Assembly (NCBI GenBank): GCA_938045545.1
Contig: CALIBN010000002.1
Coordinates: 90,675 to 154,674, forward strand
DNA length: 64,000 bases
Source of the DNA: an uncultured archaeon
GTDB lineage: Archaea > Thermoproteota > EX4484-205 > JAAOZP01
Reading direction: 5' to 3'
Shown here piece after piece: positions 55,856 through 63,994 of this stretch. The notes below the pieces were generated by a model. That model was not told the DNA's origin. It saw nothing but the letters and a program-made list of their open reading frames with translations, and searched no databases. A program made the translations under genes and the position numbers. The number at the start of each line of letters is the position of its first letter. The first letter of the stretch is position 1.

Positions 55856-56350
55856 ATGCTCATCGGCCTGATAAGCGATACCCACGACCATTTGAAGATG
55901 ATCGAGAGAGCAGTATCCTTTTTCAACGAGAAGAAAGTGGAGACTGTGCTCCATGCTGGCGATGTTATAAGTCCATTTACAGTCAGGAAGTTTAAAGAAT
56001 GCAGGGCGAGGCTGATACTTGTTTACGGTAATAACGATGGCGACAGAAGTAACCTTCAAAAAGTGTTCTCCGAAATAGGCGCCCAATTTTACTGGCCTGC
56101 GGCTATGCTTGAATTAGACGGTAGGAAAACGTTAGTTTTACACGGGGAGGATTTGAGGCTAATTGAAGAGATAGCAAGCAAAAACATGTTTGACCTAATA
56201 GTGTCAGGCCATACGCATGAGAAAAGCGTAAGAAGGACAGGGGGAACACTTTGGGTTAATCCTGGCGAGGCATGTGGATACTTGACGGGAAAGTCGACAG
56301 TCGGCATATACGATTCCTCCACTCATGAAGCGGAGATAGTTGAGGTTTAA
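55856..56350 (+). CDS. YfcE/MJ0936-family metallophosphodiesterase
   Basis: 164 aa. GLISDTHDH, LHAGDV, YGNNDGD and SGHTHE motifs. Confidence 0.85.
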   Translation: MLIGLISDTHDHLKMIERAVSFFNEKKVETVLHAGDVISPFTVRKFKECRARLILVYGNNDGDRSNLQKVFSEIGAQFYWPAAMLELDGRKTLVLHGEDLRLIEEIASKNMFDLIVSGHTHEKSVRRTGGTLWVNPGEACGYLTGKSTVGIYDSSTHEAEIVEV

Positions 56351-56394
56351 ACAGCTAAAATTTTATATAAAGCGTCCTAGAAGGAGGCTGGGAA

Positions 56395-57654
56395 TTGGGA
56401 GAGACCATAGTTCAGAAGCTGTTCAGGACCAGGCTAGGCAGGGCTGTTAAGCCGGGTGAAATAGTAGTAGCCGACATAGATTTGGCTTACGCCCACGATG
56501 GGACGGGGCCTCTAGCGATAGACGCCTTCCGCGAGCTGGGTTCAAACACGGTTCACGACCCCTCCAAGATAAGATTCGTCATAGACCATGCTTCCCCAAG
56601 TCCGAACGAGGGCGCTTCAAACCTCCAGCTTAAGCTCCGCGCCTTCGCCAGGGAGAACAGCATAAGGATTTACGAGGTTGGCGAAGGAATCTGCCACCAG
56701 GTGATACCTGAGAACGAGAGTCTTAAGCCAGGCATGTTCATAGTTGGTGCCGACTCTCACACTGTAACCCTAGGCGCATTCAGCCTTTTCGCAACAGGAG
56801 TAGGCTCAACGGACTTCGCCGAGGTAATGACCTCTGGAAAACTCTGGTTCAAAGTGCCGGAGGCGATGAAGGTCACTTTAAACGGATGCTTCCAGCCGGG
56901 GGTAATGTCTAAGGATTTAATCCTGAGGATAATAGGAGATGTTGGCGCCGACGGTGCAACCTACATGAGTATAGAGTTTCAGGGGGAAGGCGTGAAAACA
57001 CTGTCAATGGCCAGCAGGATGACTGTGTGCAACATGGTTGTAGAGATGGGGGCTAAGAACGGGGTCTTCCCATTGGACGAGGTAACAGTTAAACATGTTG
57101 ATACGAGTAGTTTAAACTATAAAAGTGTTTTCAAGCCTGACGAGGATGCTGAGTATGCTATGAGCCTCAGCTACCGGCTTGACGAGCTTGAACCCGTGGT
57201 GGCAGCACCCCATAATGTTGACAACGTTAAGCCTGTCAAGGAGCTTGAAGGATTAGAGGTGAACCAGGTTTTCATAGGGTCGTGCACCAATGGGAGGGAG
57301 GAGGATTTTGAAATAGCGGCAAAAATACTTTCAAGAAAGGGGGTTAAGAAAGGCGTGAGGTGTATCGCAATACCCGCCTCCAGAAGGGTCTTCCTAAACC
57401 TGCTTAGAAACGGGATTATTGACAAGCTTGTTTCAGCAGGATGCACAGTAACCCATAGTACATGCGGCCCCTGCCTAGGGGTTCATTTCGGAATACTTGG
57501 GTCAGGAGAAGTAGCGGTCTCAACATCCAATAGGAACTTTAAGGGCAGGATGGGTAACCCTGAGTCAAGCATATACTTAGCCAGTCCAGCGACGGCAGCA
57601 GCCTCAGCCGTTGAAGGAGTTATAACAGACCCTAGGAAGCTCATAGGAGGGTGA
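56395..57654 (+). CDS. Aconitase-family dehydratase large subunit (3-isopropylmalate / homoaconitate hydratase, LeuC/HacA)
   Basis: 419 aa, TTG start. VGADSHT, GSCTNGR and CGPCLG Fe-S ligand motifs. TATA TTTTATATAAA at 56361-56371. Confidence 0.9.
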   Translation: MGETIVQKLFRTRLGRAVKPGEIVVADIDLAYAHDGTGPLAIDAFRELGSNTVHDPSKIRFVIDHASPSPNEGASNLQLKLRAFARENSIRIYEVGEGICHQVIPENESLKPGMFIVGADSHTVTLGAFSLFATGVGSTDFAEVMTSGKLWFKVPEAMKVTLNGCFQPGVMSKDLILRIIGDVGADGATYMSIEFQGEGVKTLSMASRMTVCNMVVEMGAKNGVFPLDEVTVKHVDTSSLNYKSVFKPDEDAEYAMSLSYRLDELEPVVAAPHNVDNVKPVKELEGLEVNQVFIGSCTNGREEDFEIAAKILSRKGVKKGVRCIAIPASRRVFLNLLRNGIIDKLVSAGCTVTHSTCGPCLGVHFGILGSGEVAVSTSNRNFKGRMGNPESSIYLASPATAAASAVEGVITDPRKLIGG

Positions 57655-58163
57655 TAAAGAGAATGAACCTAAGAGGAAGAGTCTGGGTTTTAGGAGACCA
57701 TATTAATACGGATGCAATAATACCTGCGAAGTACAAGTTTAGAACAGGAGACTTCAAAGAGCTTGCTAAACATGTTTTCGAAGACCTCGACCCGACTTTA
57801 GCGTCTAAAATATCGAAGGGAGACATCATTGTTGCGGGAAGAAACTTTGGAATGGGCTCGAGCAGGGAGCACGCCCCCAGGGTAATCAAGGAGGCAGGGG
57901 TCTCTGCAATAGTTGCATGCTCCTTCGCCAGAATATTCTTTAGAAATGCGATAAACGTTGGATTACCTGTCATAGAGGTCAAGGATGCTAACAAATATTT
58001 CAAAGAGGGGGATATTGCAGTAGTAGACCTTGAAAAAGGGCTTGTCAAAAACGAAACAACGGGTATTGAATTGAAGTTCTCACCCTACCCAAGCTTCATC
58101 ACGGACGTGATGAAAGCGGGAGGGCTTGCCGCATATAGGAGAGGACAAGGGCGTTCTCTATAA
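57651..58163 (+). CDS. Aconitase-family dehydratase small subunit (LeuD/HacB)
   Basis: 170 aa, 4-nt overlap with the large subunit. GDHINTDAIIPAKY and GRNFGMGSSREHAP. Confidence 0.9.
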   Translation: MIKRMNLRGRVWVLGDHINTDAIIPAKYKFRTGDFKELAKHVFEDLDPTLASKISKGDIIVAGRNFGMGSSREHAPRVIKEAGVSAIVACSFARIFFRNAINVGLPVIEVKDANKYFKEGDIAVVDLEKGLVKNETTGIELKFSPYPSFITDVMKAGGLAAYRRGQGRSL

Positions 58164-58196
58164 AAATACAAAACCACGTTCTCAGCCTTAAAGACT

Positions 58197-58628
58197 GTGA
58201 CTCGGATAGAAAAAGAGAATTTCAACAGGCTTATGGATGAAGTTACAGAAGCACTCGACGAGATTAGAAGCATAGTTTCAACAGATACTGATAAATTCTA
58301 TACAGATAGAAGAGCAAGATACAGCCTGAGATATTCCGTGATAATGATAGTTGAAGCATTGGCGGATCTTTTACTATTCTTGAAAAGGATTTTAATGATA
58401 CTGCTGAAAGCTATAGGGAGGCTTTCCTCAAGCTTGAAAGCATAAGGTGATAAGCTCAGATATTTCTAACAGCATGGTTAAATTAGCATCATTAAGAAAT
58501 CAGATAGTACATAGATACTGGACTATAGACGATTTGAGAATTTTCAGGGAAGCTAAGGAAACGGCGTGAAACCAGTAGAACATTTTATTGAAGAGGTGGA
58601 AAAATATGTCAAGACTAAGGATCCTTGA
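58197..58628 (+). pseudogene. HepT (DUF86, HEPN-domain) toxin gene disrupted by three frame changes
   Basis: Frame 1 reads MTRIEKENF...IVEALADL. Frame 2 reads ILEKDFNDTAESYREAFLKLESIR-stop. Frame 3 reads VISSDISNSMVKLASLRNQIVHRYWTIDDL (the Rx4-6H HEPN motif), with its stop at 58567-58569. The next frame reads NGVKPVEHFIEEVEKYVKTKDP-stop (58628). Confidence 0.7.
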
Positions 58629-59045
58629 AGAAGAAAAGTGTCTACCTAAGTCAATGCCTTGGAATGAAAGGGAAAAGGTGTTAGAACGTTTACAAAAACT
58701 TCTACACGGGCATCAAGAAATATTGCTAGCAGTTGCACATGGAGGATTCGTGAACTCAAATATTTTCCGAGATGTCGATATAGCTGTTTACACAGGATGT
58801 GCAGTAAGCTATGATGATGAACCCGTATATGTTACGAGCTTATGGCGAGTTTGGAAAAGGCAATTGAACTTCCCATCGATGTTCAACTGCTTGACTATGC
58901 TCCTCCAGCATTCATAGCAGCAGCACTTAAGGGGAAACTGCTTTTTGAGAAAACCAGTGGGCTGAGAGCACTTCTGAGATTCCATGCGGCTGAAGAACTC
59001 AAAGCATTACAACTTAAAACCCTTAAGCTCAAAATTTTCTATTAA
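58606..59045 (+). pseudogene. MNT-type nucleotidyltransferase (antitoxin) gene disrupted by one frame change
   Basis: MSRLRILEEE...LLAVAHGGFVNSNIFRDVDIAVYTG...DDEPVYV is in one frame (stop 58917). The remainder, YELMASLEKAIELPIDVQLLDYAPPAFIAAALKGKLLFE, is in another (58842-59045). The GG/GS...DxD pattern is typical of minimal NTases. Confidence 0.65.
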
Positions 59046-59309
59046 AAATCAAGTTAAAATTCTGAGAAAAACAGCTGAACGCCAATCTTAATTTTTGTTC
59101 CTTATATGAAATAAAATCAGGGATATCAGCCTTAGTAGCATGCTCCTTGAAGGCTGAGGACCTCCTAGAGAAGGAGGCTTGACAGTCGCGAAGATGGTCA
59201 ATGCTTCTTGACTATTAGTCGAGGAAGAAAGAAATAATAATTCATCATCCATGGCATTAAAAGTGAATGAGCATGCGCGCGCAAAGCAAAACATGCAAAA
59301 GGAATAATG

Positions 59310-59858
59310 CTAAAAGTTTTCTATTAAGTCGAGTACCTTACTATAAAGCTCTACATCGCACATCCACCCGGATTCGACGAGGTGCCTCAAAGCCTCCTTA
59401 GCTTCACCTTTCTTAATATCATTTCTCGCTAGCATTCTAACTATTATCATATAGCTTCCCTCCTTCTTCACACCATGTAGTTCAGCAACGCTTCTCGCAA
59501 CAGGGTCATCGATGACCGCTATGCCATCCAGCTCCTTCGCTAGACCTATGACCTCTGCTTCCCTGGGATGAATATCTTTATGGGCAGAGATCAATTTAAG
59601 CAGGTTGCCGGAAGGCTTCTTTATCAGAATCGTTCCTCTTCTTAACAACTCCTCGGTTATAATAGCATCGTCAAATCCCTTGGCCTTCCCGTTTTCTACG
59701 ACTTCAGCGTAGATGGATGGCGTAATATACTTCTCGCCCTCAAGCCTCTCAATCATCCAAGCTAACCCTGCTTTAACCAAGTGTATCAAGGGGCTAGAGT
59801 TAAAAACGAATTTCAGGTCGCTCCCCGTTTCATTGAGAATGAGAATGCAAGCATGCAT
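59310..59858 (-). CDS. DUF3368 PIN-like nuclease (orphan toxin-type gene)
   Basis: FVFNSSPLIHL, EAEVIGLAKELDGIAVIDDPVARSVAELHG and MIIVRMLARNDI parallel the second DUF3368 gene at 61044-61541. The ORF extends to 59969, but Met at 59858 or 59873 is a more plausible start. No UPF0175 partner is present upstream. Confidence 0.6.
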   Translation of the reverse strand: MHACILILNETGSDLKFVFNSSPLIHLVKAGLAWMIERLEGEKYITPSIYAEVVENGKAKGFDDAIITEELLRRGTILIKKPSGNLLKLISAHKDIHPREAEVIGLAKELDGIAVIDDPVARSVAELHGVKKEGSYMIIVRMLARNDIKKGEAKEALRHLVESGWMCDVELYSKVLDLIENF

Positions 59859-59938
59859 TCCTCCCCCGCTCATGTGAACGGTGAGCCCATAGGTTGGTAG
59901 GGACCTGTTTGCTAGGTTGTAATATATTAGATAAAGAT

Positions 59939-60611
59939 TCAGTAGAACTGTGGCAAAATCGATGCACACGCCTCTTTTTTGCTCAAAAATGGTAGAGAGA
60001 AGTGCAAGTCTCTTTTTCCCTGGTTCAAAATAACAACTTTTAGATATTTATCGCCCGTTGGTAATACGTCATACGTATAGTTGAACTCTTTAACAAGTTC
60101 CATTTCTCTTGCGTATGCACGATAGTTCACCCTCTCACCCTTAAAACCACTTGCCCAAGCCTTATGTATCTTATAAAGGTCGCTCAAAAAATCCTCTTCG
60201 CTTCCGTCCCAACCGCCAGTGACGCTCTTAACGAATCGATACATTTCAGAAGAATTGTATATCAAGGAAGATTCTTTCTTAAATAACCACTCCTTAAGTT
60301 TTCTTAGTTCCTCTTCTAGCTTTTTATTCGTGGATAATAACTCTTCATATGACTTATACAGGACTGAATAGTTGGTCAGTAGCTCCTCGTAAGAATCCTT
60401 TAGAGTCGTATAGTTCTCCTGGAGTCCAACATATCTTCCTCTTAAATCCTCAAATTGTTTATGAAGTTCCTTGTAACTGCTTGTAGGTCAATGTAACTAT
60501 TATGGAGCGCGTTAGCTCGCCCTGAAGTCTCACGACCGCTATGACCAAAGAGCTAATTATCGTGATTAATATGATGATTAATGCAATAGCTATTTTTGAT
60601 ATTTTTGGCAT
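59939..60611 (-). pseudogene. Membrane-anchored coiled-coil protein gene with one frame change
   Basis: ATG at 60611 (TATA-like AAAATTTAAATAAT ~25 nt upstream) encodes MPKISKIAIALIIILITIISSLVIAVV (TM helix) and stops at 60459. A second frame is open from 60487 to 59939. It encodes a coiled coil (YKELHKQFEDLRGRY...SYEELL...SYEELL...EEELRKLKEW) plus a ~100-aa C-terminal domain, with no start codon before the TTG at 60265. Confidence 0.5.
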
Positions 60612-60716
60612 AGGTCGCTGATCCTAACAGTATTATTTAAATTTTTGAAAGCGCTTTTAACACATATCAAGATATCGAGGAGCCTATGATAGTAGCATTA
60701 ACTCAATGGATACAAC

Positions 60717-60767
60717 CGCTATTTCTTAAGCTTCTCCACGGCCTTCCTGGCTATTTCCTCAGCCATC
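60717..60767. repeat. Left copy of a 51-nt direct repeat (orphan duplicate of the dehydrogenase gene 3' end)
   Basis: CGCTATTTCTTAAGCTTCTCCACGGCCTTCCTGGCTATTTCCTCAGCCATC is 49/51 identical to 61551-61601. On the minus strand it reads [15 protein letters not shown]-stop. Confidence 0.85.
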
Positions 60768-60801
60768 CACTAGACCATGATAATAGCTAAAATTAATAAG
60801 T

Positions 60802-61047
60802 ATGCACAGCATAGTAGAATCAAGAGTCATGAAAGAGGTTCATGTCAAGGTTCCGGAATCCGTGTCTGAAAAAGATGTTAAGGTGGCTATTGCAGTAGAA
60901 GCCTTTACGAGGGGCTTGGTCAGCATTGGAAAGGCTTCGGAGATAGCTGAAATGCCTATTCAGGAGTTTCTCATTGAACTTAGGAAAAGAGGGATAGCCG
61001 CCTACCCCTATAGTGACGAGGATGCTTTGAAGGAGCTTAGCCTATGA
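60802..61047 (+). CDS. UPF0175-family antitoxin-like protein
   Basis: 81 aa. VKVAIAVEAFTRGLVSIGKASEIAEMPIQEFLIELRKRGI is typical of UPF0175. 4-nt overlap with the downstream PIN-like gene. Confidence 0.7.
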   Translation: MHSIVESRVMKEVHVKVPESVSEKDVKVAIAVEAFTRGLVSIGKASEIAEMPIQEFLIELRKRGIAAYPYSDEDALKELSL

Positions 61048-61541
61048 GTAAAGCTGTTTTAAACTCTTCCGTTATAATAGCCTTAAGCACCTTAGGGCAT
61101 CTCGACGAGATCACGCAGATTTTCAAACATGTTCTAATCGCTAAATCAGTTTATGAAGAGGTCTGTGTCAAGGGACGTGGGTTAACTGGTGAAAAGGAGC
61201 TTCTGAAAGCCGTGAAAGATGGTAAGATACTAGTTAAAGATGTCCATAACCGCTGGATTGTCAACGCTTTGTTAGATCCTCTTGCGATCGGCGAGGCGGA
61301 GAGTATAGCTCTAGCAGTGGAGGAGAATGCAGATTACATAGTGCTGGATGATATGCTTGCCCGCAGAAGAGCAATATCCATGGGATTAAATGTTATTGGA
61401 ACCCTTAGGATTCTTAGGTTGATGTATGATGCGAAGCTTATCGGGAAAAGCGAAGTCTTAGATAGCTTAGAGAAGCTTAGGCAAGTAGGCTTTAGGATAA
61501 GCGATGACGTTATTAGGAAGGTGTTACAAGAATTACAATAA
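61044..61541 (+). CDS. DUF3368 PIN-like nuclease (toxin-type partner of UPF0175)
   Basis: 165 aa. VLNSSVIIAL, GEAESIALAVEENADYIVLDDMLARRRA and GTLRILRLMYDAKLI. Confidence 0.75.
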   Translation: MSKAVLNSSVIIALSTLGHLDEITQIFKHVLIAKSVYEEVCVKGRGLTGEKELLKAVKDGKILVKDVHNRWIVNALLDPLAIGEAESIALAVEENADYIVLDDMLARRRAISMGLNVIGTLRILRLMYDAKLIGKSEVLDSLEKLRQVGFRISDDVIRKVLQELQ

Positions 61542-61550
61542 GCAAGATAT

Positions 61551-61601
61551 CGCTATCTCCTAAGCTTCTCCACGGCCTTCCTGGCTATTTCCTCAGCCAT
61601 C
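61551..61601. repeat. Right copy of the 51-nt direct repeat (functional 3' end of the dehydrogenase gene)
   Basis: CGCTATCTCCTAAGCTTCTCCACGGCCTTCCTGGCTATTTCCTCAGCCATC. The minus strand reads [15 protein letters not shown]-stop, the C-terminus of ORF 61553-62593. Confidence 0.85.
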
Positions 61602-62593
61602 TGCTGTGTTGAAGCCGATCCACCAAGATCATAGGTAACAATCTTGTTTTCAGCTATAACATCCTCGGTTGCTGAGAAAACCGCTTTAGAAAGGTCTTTC
61701 TCGCCAAGGTAGTCGAGCATCCATGCTCCAGCAAGAATCATCGCCGTCGGGTTAACCTTGTTCAACCCCTTGTATTTAGGGGCACTACCATGGGCTGGCT
61801 CAAACATCGCATAGTTGTCCCCGAAGTTCGCCGAATACACTAGCCCAATGTTTCCTATTAGGGCTGAAGCCTCCTCGGTGAGAATATCCATGAAAAGGTT
61901 TGTTCCAACGATAACGTTCTGGTTAAACCTCTGAGGATTCTTAACCAGCTGCTGGGCGAAATTGTCGACGAAGTAGCTTTCAACATCTATGCCCGGGTAT
62001 CCTCCGCTAACCTTCATGACCGTTGGAACAAATATTCCTCCATCCGTCAGCTTTAGAATATTAGCCTTGTTAATGACTATTACTTTCCTCCAGCCCCTCA
62101 GCCTAGCCTGTTCGAAGGCAAACCTCGCAACCTTCTCCGAGGCTGTTCTAGATATTTTCCTCAAAGCTATCCCCACATCTTCCGAAACCATGAACTCTAT
62201 GCCCGCGTAAAGCCCTTCAGTGCCCTCTCTAACGAAAAGCATGTCCACCGGGCCGAGGGGGCCTTCCCGCCCCCTGAAGGTTTTAACCGGCCTAACGTTA
62301 GCGTAAAGGTTGAAAGTCTGCCTTATGGTGACTGCAACGCTCTTAGGAGTATGCGGATCCGGCAGTGTTGTCACCGGCGCCTTGTAGCAGGCGTCGCTCT
62401 CCCTTAATGCCTCCCATGTTTCATCCGGGAAATAGGTTGGCCCACCGTGCTGCTGCCACCATTCCGATCCTGCATCCCTGATGAGGAATTCTAAGCGCTC
62501 CGTTGCACCGATCGCGTCCATCACCTTCATAGCTGCCTCGGTAAGCTCCGGACCAGTGCCGTCGCCCCTGATCACGACAACCTTCTTAGCCAA
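61553..62593 (-). CDS. Beta-decarboxylating dehydrogenase (3-isopropylmalate / homoisocitrate / isocitrate dehydrogenase family)
   Basis: 346 aa. [11 protein letters not shown] at the N-terminus, [28 protein letters not shown] and FEPAHGSAP motifs. Confidence 0.9.
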   Translation of the reverse strand: MAKKVVVIRGDGTGPELTEAAMKVMDAIGATERLEFLIRDAGSEWWQQHGGPTYFPDETWEALRESDACYKAPVTTLPDPHTPKSVAVTIRQTFNLYANVRPVKTFRGREGPLGPVDMLFVREGTEGLYAGIEFMVSEDVGIALRKISRTASEKVARFAFEQARLRGWRKVIVINKANILKLTDGGIFVPTVMKVSGGYPGIDVESYFVDNFAQQLVKNPQRFNQNVIVGTNLFMDILTEEASALIGNIGLVYSANFGDNYAMFEPAHGSAPKYKGLNKVNPTAMILAGAWMLDYLGEKDLSKAVFSATEDVIAENKIVTYDLGGSASTQQMAEEIARKAVEKLRR

Positions 62594-62646
62594 GGGATCC
62601 TCGACGTTTAAAAAACACCAGTATAAAAACTTATTCTCTCCTGATT

Positions 62647-63165
62647 CTAGTATACTCCTGGCTGCTCAGACAACTCCATGTTTTCAAACATGAACCTCCC
62701 CTTGTAGAGTTCAGAAGAACCCTCCAGGCTCAACAGTATCAGTTGAGCAACCCTCGCCTCCTCCGCGATCCTTATGCCCTGCCTGTTGAACACCACCATC
62801 AGACCCATCCCCCTACCCTTGTACCCCGGGTCCCAGACAGCAGTGTATATGGTTGCACCATTCCTAAGCAGGCTCGACCTTGGGAGGAGCAGCCCCAGGT
62901 ATCCAGAAGGAATATTAACGATCTCGTGATAAGTAACTCTGTAGCTTCCCTGCGGCAGTTCGTAGAAACCCTTTTTAGGAATTATGTTTAGACCCTTGGA
63001 GAACCTTGGCTCAGCGCTTATCTCCCCCTCCTCGACGAGAACCTCTATTTTTTCCAGCGTCAGGTCAACACCGGCAGGCTGAACCTGCTCCTCAACGCTT
63101 CTCAAACCCTCCACAACACCCATTTCAACCATTCTTCTACCGGATAAGGCAGGCATTAGGGTCAT
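62647..63165 (-). CDS. dCTP deaminase/dUTPase-superfamily enzyme (archaeal dUTPase-like)
   Basis: 172 aa. PAGVDLTL, LLLPRSSLLRNG and VWDPGYKGRG motifs of the trimeric dUTPase fold. Confidence 0.75.
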   Translation of the reverse strand: MTLMPALSGRRMVEMGVVEGLRSVEEQVQPAGVDLTLEKIEVLVEEGEISAEPRFSKGLNIIPKKGFYELPQGSYRVTYHEIVNIPSGYLGLLLPRSSLLRNGATIYTAVWDPGYKGRGMGLMVVFNRQGIRIAEEARVAQLILLSLEGSSELYKGRFMFENMELSEQPGVY

Positions 63166-63994
63166 CCTCCGCTGAAACCCTGTATCCCGCTCCCACTGCT
63201 ACAGCATACTCAGGCATCTTAGGCACCATGGGTTTAACGCCGAAGCTTGAAAGAGCCCTTTGAATACTCTTCAAAACGGGCGGCAGCTTCGCAACCCTCC
63301 CCACCAGAATAACCTTGTCCTCTAGCTGAAGCTTCGAGGCGGCGAGAAACGTTACTGAAGCCACCACTTCCCCAACTAGATTGGCTATTCCAGCAGCCAG
63401 GTCCTCAGGGCTGGAAGTGTCTCCAACCCTTCCTAGGTTTGACGCGGTCATCTCAGCTGAGAGTATGCCTATCCCATCGCCAACTAGCTCGCCAACAGTC
63501 AGGTCGACTCTTCGAGGATCCCCCTTCTCAGCCATCTCCACCAGAATCCCTATGCTCGAGATCCCGAGCATCTTCCTCGCGAGCCCTAGCAGAGTACCCC
63601 CGCCCACGCCTGTTCCGCCGATATGTCTTATTCTCTTCCCGTTTTCCCTCACCTCTATGAGCGCTGTGCCAGTGCCCATGCTTACGACCAGGGCCTCATC
63701 CAACCCGGTTAACACTATCCCACCTGTTCCCGCGGCGACGATCTCGTTAACCTTCACTACCCTAAGTCCGAGGATACTGTCTGGAAGCTGACTGCTCCTG
63801 CCGCCAGCTATCGCTAATACTTCAACATCCTTAAGAGAACAACCCATCATAACTATAAGTTTTCCAAGAAGCCCTATGGAGGTGGCAAGGGGGTCTGAAG
63901 ACGGCATCTCGCTAACGCCAAGTACCTCCTTCCCCTTTAAGGCGACGGCTTTCGTCGTCGAGCCTCCGATGTCTATTCCAATAGCGATCTTCAA
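63137..63994 (-). CDS. ASKHA-fold ATPase, type II pantothenate-kinase-like
   Basis: 285 aa. IGIDIGGSTTKAV phosphate-1 motif, SMGTGTA and GGTGVGGGTLLGL. 29-nt overlap with the downstream dUTPase-like gene. Confidence 0.5.
   Translation of the reverse strand: MKIAIGIDIGGSTTKAVALKGKEVLGVSEMPSSDPLATSIGLLGKLIVMMGCSLKDVEVLAIAGGRSSQLPDSILGLRVVKVNEIVAAGTGGIVLTGLDEALVVSMGTGTALIEVRENGKRIRHIGGTGVGGGTLLGLARKMLGISSIGILVEMAEKGDPRRVDLTVGELVGDGIGILSAEMTASNLGRVGDTSSPEDLAAGIANLVGEVVASVTFLAASKLQLEDKVILVGRVAKLPPVLKSIQRALSSFGVKPMVPKMPEYAVAVGAGYRVSAEDDPNACLIR

Larger units (their letters stand above)
58164..61552. mobile_element. AT-rich accessory island (toxin-antitoxin graveyard, putative integrated-element remnant) between the leuD/hacB-like and dehydrogenase genes
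   Basis: All genes inside are TA-type or orphan, and four are frame-disrupted. Spot GC counts: 23/60 (58321-58380) and 18/60 (60301-60360), against 32/60 in flanking 56461-56520. The right part is flanked by a 51-nt direct repeat. No integrase or transposase was seen. Confidence 0.5.

Noticed and set aside
56383-56387. GGAGG 7 nt upstream of the TTG start of the large isomerase subunit as a functional Shine-Dalgarno
   Set aside because: The strong TATA element at 56361-56371 predicts a transcription start at about 56390, which would exclude the GGAGG from the mRNA. I cannot decide between the two without transcription start data.
59088-59294. 68-aa minus-strand ORF downstream of the orphan PIN-like gene
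   Set aside because: The translation looks non-protein-like. The plus strand here shows only short broken frames. This is probably degraded intergenic DNA of the island.
58197-60611. Explaining all island frameshifts as sequencing errors
   Set aside because: This is not excluded. It is disfavoured because the disruptions cluster in accessory genes, while every long housekeeping ORF in 64 kb is intact, and several junctions are not at homopolymers. It needs read-level confirmation.
63381-63791. 136-aa and 73-aa plus-strand ORFs inside the ASKHA ATPase gene
   Set aside because: They are Pro/Ser-rich antisense shadows of a gene with clear phosphate-binding motifs.
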